The translations under genes and the position numbers were made by a program. The notes beneath the pieces were generated by a model. The model ran no database searches. It saw only the letters and a list, made by a program, of their open reading frames with translations, and had not been told where the DNA came from. Positions 58,636 to 64,000 of a DNA stretch of 64,000 bases are shown here, piece by piece. The number at the start of each line of letters is the position of its first letter. Within the stretch, counting starts at the first letter, position 1. Source of the DNA: an uncultured Desulfobacter sp. (GTDB lineage Bacteria; Desulfobacterota; Desulfobacteria; Desulfobacterales; Desulfobacteraceae); contig OY762069.1 of the NCBI GenBank assembly GCA_963665095.1, positions 2,400,001-2,464,000 on the forward strand. Direction: 5' to 3'.

Positions 58636-61356
58636 TTAAAGTGCTTTCAGACCTGCAAGCACCTTGTCAGGCGTTGCCGGCAGGTTCTTGACCCGGACGC
58701 CGCAGGCATTGTAGATGCCATTGATCACGGCGGCATGAGGCGCTGTCAGGGGCAGTTCGCCCACGCCTGCCGCACCAAAGGGACCGTGTTCCCTGGGGGA
58801 CTCAACATAGTGCAGTTCAATATCGTCAGGAATATCCTGAATATAGGGCAGTCCTGCACCGCGCATATTGGAATGCTTTTTAATGTCTTCATAGTCCTCG
58901 GTCAGGGCCAGACCAATACCCTGGGCAATACCGCCGTACATCTGGCCGTCAACCACCAGGCGGTTGTTGATCTTACCCACATCAGCCACAGCCGTCATCT
59001 TGGTGACTTTTGCCTTGCCTGTGGCTGTATCCACACAAATTTCCGCCATGAACACCCCGTACATATAAACGGAGAAGGGGCTGCCCTGGCCGTTTTCATC
59101 ACACTCCTTGGCAGGCGCCGTCCATTTCCCGTCATATTCCACAGGAATGTTCTCCGCCTTCATCTCCTCGTAAGTGCGATAGGTGCCGTCGCTCTTTCTC
59201 ATGCCGCCCATAAGCAGTTCGCAGGCAGCCTTAACAGCCTGTCCCGTCACCACCTGGGAGCGGGAGCCACCGGCCGGGCCGGAGTTCGGGGTGATGGAGG
59301 TGTCGTTCATCACCAGCTTGATCTTATCAGGTGTAATTCCCATGGGGCGAAGGGCTTCATGGGCTGTTCCCAGGGACCCCATGTCTGCGCCCTGGCCGTG
59401 GTCTTCCCAGGAATTATAAAGAGTTATACTGTTGTCCTCGTTGAGCCGTACCCGGGCCTCGGAGCCATCCGGGCCGTCCAGGCCGCAGCCGTATACGCCG
59501 ATGGACAGGCCCACACCGCATTTTTCAGCATCCGTGGATTTGGCAGCAGCACTCTTTTTGGCTGCCTCATATTTGGGTTTAATAAGGTCCAGCATCTCGG
59601 GCAGGCTCCAGGAATCAGGGGTCTGGCCCGTGGGGGTGGTGGCCCCTTCTCTGTAGACATTTTTATACCGCAGGTCAAAGGGGTCCATGCCCAGTTTTTC
59701 CGCCAGGATATCAACGAGGCATTCTGACGGGAACTCGATCTCAGGGGCGCCGTATCCCCGGAAGGCAGATCCCCATGCGTGGTTGGTGCATACGGTGCGG
59801 CCTTCGCCCCGGATATTGGGGATATCATAACCGGCACCGATGAACTGGGCCCCGCGCAGGGTCAGAAGATCACCAAACTCGGAGTAAGGTCCGTGGTCCA
59901 CGCTCCAGTCCGCTTCCAGGGCCTTGATGTCGCCGTCTTTGGATGCGGCCATCCGGACATTGGTGAAGAACGGGGAGCGTTTGCCCGTATAGGTCTGCTG
60001 CTGGAACCAGGTGTAATTCAGGAACACAGGCTTGCCCGTAACAAGGGCGGCCACGCCCACCAGGGCTTCCATGGTGGGGGAAAATTTGTAGCCAAAGGTA
60101 CCTCCGGCCGGGTTCTGGACCAGGGTCAGTTTTTCAGGTTCAATGCCGATGCCCGGGGCAATCATGGCCAGGTGAAGGTGGATGCCGATGGATTTGGAAT
60201 GGATCGTAAGGGTTCCGTCCTCACCGGGATAGGCAAATCCCACATCCGGTTCAATGGGCATGTGGGGCTGGCGGGACACGTAGAAATCGTCCTCGGCGAC
60301 AACATCAGCCCCGTCAAAAATGGGGGCGGTCTCCTCGCCTTTTTTCAGGTTCTGGATATAGTACACATTGGGGGTGCCCGGATGAATCTCAATGGCGTCT
60401 TCAGCCATGGCTGCCGGCGCACTCATGTATTCGGGCAGGGGCTCCAGGTCCACCTTTACCTTGGCGGCTGCCGCCTTTGCGTTCTTTTCGGTGTCTGCAC
60501 AGACAATGGCAATGGCATCACCAAACTGGAACACTTTCTCATCACAGAGGATGGGCCGGTCCCAGCCGTCGCCTTTATTGGTTGGGAAAGTAATAAGCCC
60601 TGAAATCCGGTTCTTGCCGGGAACATCCTTGTGGGTGACAACTTTGTAAACACCGGGCATGGCTTCGGCTTCGGAAACGTCAATGCCCTTGATGTTGGCA
60701 TGGGAAATTTCGGCCTGTACCAGGGCCAGACGCAGGGTCTCTTCGGGCATTTTGATGCCTAAGTCCGCACCAAAGTCACAGGTGCCTGTCACCTTGGCCA
60801 CAGCGGAAGGCCGCGGATATTTGGTTCCCCAGATCCGGCCGTCTTCGGGGATCTGGAACATCAGGTCATCCATGGACATGTCGCCGTTGATGACCTTGGC
60901 AGCGGCCATTACCGAATCCACCAGCTGCTTGTAACCAGTACAGCGGCAGGCGTTTTTATATTTCTGGAACCACTCCCGGACATCTTCTCTGGTGGGATTT
61001 GGGTTAGTATCCAGCAACGCCTTGGTGGATACAATGAACCCGGGCGTACAGAAACCGCACTGGGCACCGCCGTGGGCAATCCAGGCCACCTGGATGGGAT
61101 GCAGTTTCTCCGGCGTGCCAATACCTTCCACCGTGGTGATGACAGACTCGTCCGGCACCCGTTTCATTTTGGTGATACAGGATCTGACCAGTTTGTCGTT
61201 TAAGATAACAGAACAGGCACCGCATTGTCCTTCTGAACACCCGACCTTGACGCCGGTGAGATGAAGGCTGTTCCTTAATACAGCGGACAGCATGTCATCC
61301 TCATTCACAATAACGGTTCGCTTAATACCATTGACTATAATTGTTTTATTGATCAT
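58636..61356 (-). CDS. mop: molybdopterin-dependent aldehyde oxidoreductase (xanthine oxidase family)
   Basis: GCSEGQCGAC, AQCGFC, NACRCTGY, GGTFGYK, AFRGYG, GGSR, GVGELP; 906 aa from ATG 61356 with AAGGAG RBS. Confidence 0.96.
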   Translation of the reverse strand: MINKTIIVNGIKRTVIVNEDDMLSAVLRNSLHLTGVKVGCSEGQCGACSVILNDKLVRSCITKMKRVPDESVITTVEGIGTPEKLHPIQVAWIAHGGAQCGFCTPGFIVSTKALLDTNPNPTREDVREWFQKYKNACRCTGYKQLVDSVMAAAKVINGDMSMDDLMFQIPEDGRIWGTKYPRPSAVAKVTGTCDFGADLGIKMPEETLRLALVQAEISHANIKGIDVSEAEAMPGVYKVVTHKDVPGKNRISGLITFPTNKGDGWDRPILCDEKVFQFGDAIAIVCADTEKNAKAAAAKVKVDLEPLPEYMSAPAAMAEDAIEIHPGTPNVYYIQNLKKGEETAPIFDGADVVAEDDFYVSRQPHMPIEPDVGFAYPGEDGTLTIHSKSIGIHLHLAMIAPGIGIEPEKLTLVQNPAGGTFGYKFSPTMEALVGVAALVTGKPVFLNYTWFQQQTYTGKRSPFFTNVRMAASKDGDIKALEADWSVDHGPYSEFGDLLTLRGAQFIGAGYDIPNIRGEGRTVCTNHAWGSAFRGYGAPEIEFPSECLVDILAEKLGMDPFDLRYKNVYREGATTPTGQTPDSWSLPEMLDLIKPKYEAAKKSAAAKSTDAEKCGVGLSIGVYGCGLDGPDGSEARVRLNEDNSITLYNSWEDHGQGADMGSLGTAHEALRPMGITPDKIKLVMNDTSITPNSGPAGGSRSQVVTGQAVKAACELLMGGMRKSDGTYRTYEEMKAENIPVEYDGKWTAPAKECDENGQGSPFSVYMYGVFMAEICVDTATGKAKVTKMTAVADVGKINNRLVVDGQMYGGIAQGIGLALTEDYEDIKKHSNMRGAGLPYIQDIPDDIELHYVESPREHGPFGAAGVGELPLTAPHAAVINGIYNACGVRVKNLPATPDKVLAGLKAL

Positions 61357-61707
61357 TACGGAATCTCCTTTCTTGAAATTTGAAAGCACGCCGGCTAAAG
61401 ACTTATGAAGCATTCTGGCGGTCCCGCCGAAGATAGTTTTGTCCTCCCTTGTGGATCTACTATCCATAAAGCCGGGCTTAGTCAAGTTATTTTATAAATT
61501 CAATTCATTGTATGTAAAACGCCAAAAATAATGACAGTTAAAAACATTGTTTGACGACTTTAGACGACTTTTTTACGATACATTGACAAACTGTCCGGAT
61601 CAGATACCACGCGCCATGAGGCCACTGAATCTTGAAGAAAAATCCAGACCACCCTTCCGGATAATTTATTGACAAACCAAACCAATTCCTTTAAAAGACA
61701 AACTTAC

Positions 61708-61794
61708 GCCGGAGTGGTGGAATTGGTAGACGCAGAGGATTCAAAATCCTCCGGGCGCAAGCTCTTGCGAGTTCAAGTCTCGCCTCCGGTACCA
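61708..61794 (+). tRNA. tRNA-Leu (anticodon CAA)
   Basis: GCCGGAG/CTCCGGT acceptor, GAGGA-TTCAAAA-TCCTC anticodon arm, long variable arm, GTTCAAGT T loop, ACCA end; TTGACA at 61669. Confidence 0.97.
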
Positions 61795-61803
61795 AGAATA
61801 TAA

Positions 61804-61835
61804 GGGCTTTCAGCGATTCAGCCGAGAGCCTTTTT
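61804..61835 (+). terminator. rho-independent terminator after tRNA
   Basis: GGGCTTTC.GC...GC.GAGAGCC stem followed by T tract. Confidence 0.6.
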
Positions 61836-62300
61836 ATTTTGTTGCTAAAAAAGTAAGCGTATTGTAAGCAGTAGATTTTTTTTATTCTTGGCTGAATGCT
61901 TTGATTTTTATCCTTTCAGCATCCGCCACCGCCAGAAAACAGAAAATCCTGGCTGCACCATGGGTATGGTCAGTCTTATTATTCAGATGCCAACTCAGCC
62001 CATTACAGGTTCGCAGTGCGGACTTCCGTGCGAACCAACCCCGTTGGAATCTGTTGCATCTTGTAATTGGCTCAGGCTGGGGGCCGGCAATCATCCTAAA
62101 GTATGAGAGGAAGCACGATAATCAATGGAGCGACAATCAGGATAAATCAGGGAAAGGCATAACTGTATTTTCAATGATTAGCAGATGTCGCTGCGCTCCG
62201 ACTGATTTTATTGGGTTTTTTAAGGCATGAGCAGGAAAGCTTGAATAATACAGAAAGGGGAAGCAGGTCAACCCCGCTTCCCCCGGCGCATTATTCAATG

Positions 62301-62543
62301 CTACCTGCTTTTGGCTATCCCTTGCCGGGTTTCCTCCCCAGGATGTCCCGGCTCCGTTTCACCAAAACCATAAAATTCATTTTCTCTTTGTTCCTCTTGT
62401 TTGATCTCCAGCAATTCTGTCAAAAGATGATTTTCCGAGTTTATTTTTTTTAAACTGACAAGGATCAACTCCATGACCAGATTGCCCAGCTCGTCGACAA
62501 TTTCAGCCATTGTTTTTTCAAGTTGTGTTTCATTGATTGTCAT
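62301..62543 (-). CDS. hypothetical protein within the element
   Basis: 80-aa ORF with GAGG RBS, 11 bp after the ATPase stop. Confidence 0.65.
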   Translation of the reverse strand: MTINETQLEKTMAEIVDELGNLVMELILVSLKKINSENHLLTELLEIKQEEQRENEFYGFGETEPGHPGEETRQGIAKSR

Positions 62544-62554
62544 TTTTATACCTC

Positions 62555-63379
62555 TTATCTGGTTGGCGACGGTTTCAGTGAAAAAAGCTCTATGAAAAGT
62601 TTCTCATCCAGTTGCGGCAGCTCTCTTTGAACGCCCACTTCAAGCAGTTCTGCCGACATATTATTGAGGACCCGTAAGTTTCCTGTACAGTGCTCTACCA
62701 AAGCGGTGATTAAAGGTTTTGTCATGAGTTGAGGAGCTCCGGCCTGATTTAGGCAATGCGCTATATAATCCAACAATTCTTCCCGGGTATAAGGATCCAA
62801 TTTTAACCGGAACCGGAGTCGACTCCCCAGGGCTACCAATGCACTGGTTCTGAACCGTTCCGGCAGCCGGGTATCACCACAGATAATGGTGGTCAATAAA
62901 TTCTGGGAGTCAAAATCCATACTGTTGAGCAACCGAAGCTCATTCAGGCATCCGGTAAGCATTTCCTGAGCCTCATCAATGAGCAGGACGGGTCTGAACA
63001 GGGTTGTTTTAATATGATTTTTCCATCGTTGCCGCAGATCTTTGAACCCTCCGTAACGGTTGGCCGGACTCAAATTGACACCAAACAGTGTCCCCATTTC
63101 CCGATAGAAATCGGCCACGCTGCTTTGGGGGCGCTCCATAACGCCGACAACGACTTCATCAAGCTTGCCAAGCTGATGGGCAATCGCCTGTAGTGTCTTG
63201 GATTTGCCAAGACCGGGTTCACCGGCGATTAATGCAAATCCACCGTTCATGGTCATATTTTCAAGGCGTGTAATAAATGCCTCCATCCGGGGTGGATGCC
63301 ATAATGAGTCCACAGGAATATTTGGTAAAAAAGGATTGTACTTCAATCCATAATAAGCCAATAATCGTTTGCTGTTCAT
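62555..63379 (-). CDS. ExeA/TniB-like AAA ATPase (transposition helper)
   Basis: YGLKYNPF, GEPGLGKS, LLIDEAQ, GNLRVLN. Confidence 0.92.
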   Translation of the reverse strand: MNSKRLLAYYGLKYNPFLPNIPVDSLWHPPRMEAFITRLENMTMNGGFALIAGEPGLGKSKTLQAIAHQLGKLDEVVVGVMERPQSSVADFYREMGTLFGVNLSPANRYGGFKDLRQRWKNHIKTTLFRPVLLIDEAQEMLTGCLNELRLLNSMDFDSQNLLTTIICGDTRLPERFRTSALVALGSRLRFRLKLDPYTREELLDYIAHCLNQAGAPQLMTKPLITALVEHCTGNLRVLNNMSAELLEVGVQRELPQLDEKLFIELFSLKPSPTR

Positions 63380-64000
63380 CACTTTTCCTCCATTGGCAAG
63401 TAGGCACAAGGCATTCCGGTTGCTGCATAATCGGACAAGAGCTTTTTAAGCAGGGCCGGTTCTGATCCGGACAGGGTTTCATGGCCAGGGTTAATTTCAT
63501 CCGGAGTGGATTTGATACGACGGATTGCTGAAGCATTCTTTGTCTTGTCCTGGGGATAAATTGCGGCAAGCTTATTTCCGGTTCGTTTATCTATCAGCCA
63601 GGCAACCGATTTATCCCAGGAGCAAAAACAGACATGAAGACGCTGGATATGATTAAACCGTGAAGGGATTTCAAACCGGATGCCCATCAAAGAGATGGTA
63701 CCATCGGACAGACGCTGTTTTCTGGATTCACAGGCTGTAAACGAAAATTGAAGCTGTTCAGGTTCCGGTGCAGGACGTGACACATCCTTGCCGTCAAGGG
63801 CGCATTGCAATGGCGACATATGAATTTCATCATGGGTTGACTTGTTGTATTCCATCTCGATCCAGGCCTGGGAGACCTGATTTAAATATACCAGGGTCAA
63901 AGAATCCATCCGGCTCAGCATGGCGATCAAACGGCCTTCAAGTGTACCCCAAAAGGCTTCCTGCTTCCCATTTTGATAGGGCGAGTATGGCAACGTGGTC
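63379..64000 (-). CDS. DDE-type (rve/Mu-like) transposase, 3' part
   Basis: PYSPYQNGKQE.FW, YN...H..I.MSP, R....DGTISL.G.RFEIP; open past the window edge. Confidence 0.88.
   Translation of the reverse strand, partial: TTLPYSPYQNGKQEAFWGTLEGRLIAMLSRMDSLTLVYLNQVSQAWIEMEYNKSTHDEIHMSPLQCALDGKDVSRPAPEPEQLQFSFTACESRKQRLSDGTISLMGIRFEIPSRFNHIQRLHVCFCSWDKSVAWLIDKRTGNKLAAIYPQDKTKNASAIRRIKSTPDEINPGHETLSGSEPALLKKLLSDYAATGMPCAYLPMEEK

Larger units (their letters stand above)
62062..64000 (-). mobile_element. transposable element with DDE transposase and ExeA-like ATPase (partial)
   Basis: Coupled transposase and ATPase genes; putative end TGTAATTGG at 62062 followed by CGRYAATCA repeats. Confidence 0.75.

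Noticed and set aside
58360..59727. 455-aa plus-strand ORF
   Set aside because: Antisense shadow of mop with no recognisable motifs
61360..61500. Moco riboswitch upstream of mop
   Set aside because: Conserved Moco RNA core elements not found by eye; Rfam search needed to exclude fully
61882..62230. Short overlapping ORFs between the tRNA and the element
   Set aside because: No RBS or motifs and they span the putative element end
1..64000. CRISPR array, rRNA, prophage, NRPS/PKS, tonB-exbBD
   Set aside because: No repeat-spacer array or corresponding genes seen

Overview
64 kb bacterial chromosomal window; gene content (mop/trsS cluster, MCP, PEP-CTERM, TonB receptors) points to an anaerobic sulfate-reducing deltaproteobacterium (Desulfobacter-like; inference). 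After housekeeping genes (iorB tail, aroQ, tatD), ~1.5-42 kb is an accessory, partly decaying uptake region: four intact and two remnant TonB-dependent receptors, three PchR-like AraC regulators, three unrelated SAM methyltransferases, an MMPL/LolA-like/DUF1302 module, an RhtX/FptX-type MFS, two AAA_14-DUF4143 ATPases, several deletion-fused pseudogenes and a folded MITE-like element. The best candidate for an undescribed system is 20.9-32.9 kb: an NnrR-like Crp/Fnr regulator with a matching box at a class II promoter, followed by a double-ASKHA/DUF2229 activase, a Cys-rich HypB-like GTPase, a membrane-less ABC ATPase, a signal-less binding protein, a TonB receptor and an ABC importer. The rest holds an acyl-CoA synthetase/carboxyltransferase/biotin-carrier operon, a yedE-tusA selenium-associated cluster, an MCP, the aldehyde oxidoreductase (mop)-trsS operon, tRNA-Leu(CAA) and the end of a DDE transposase/ExeA-ATPase element. 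All calls are from motif recognition by eye; no database search was run.
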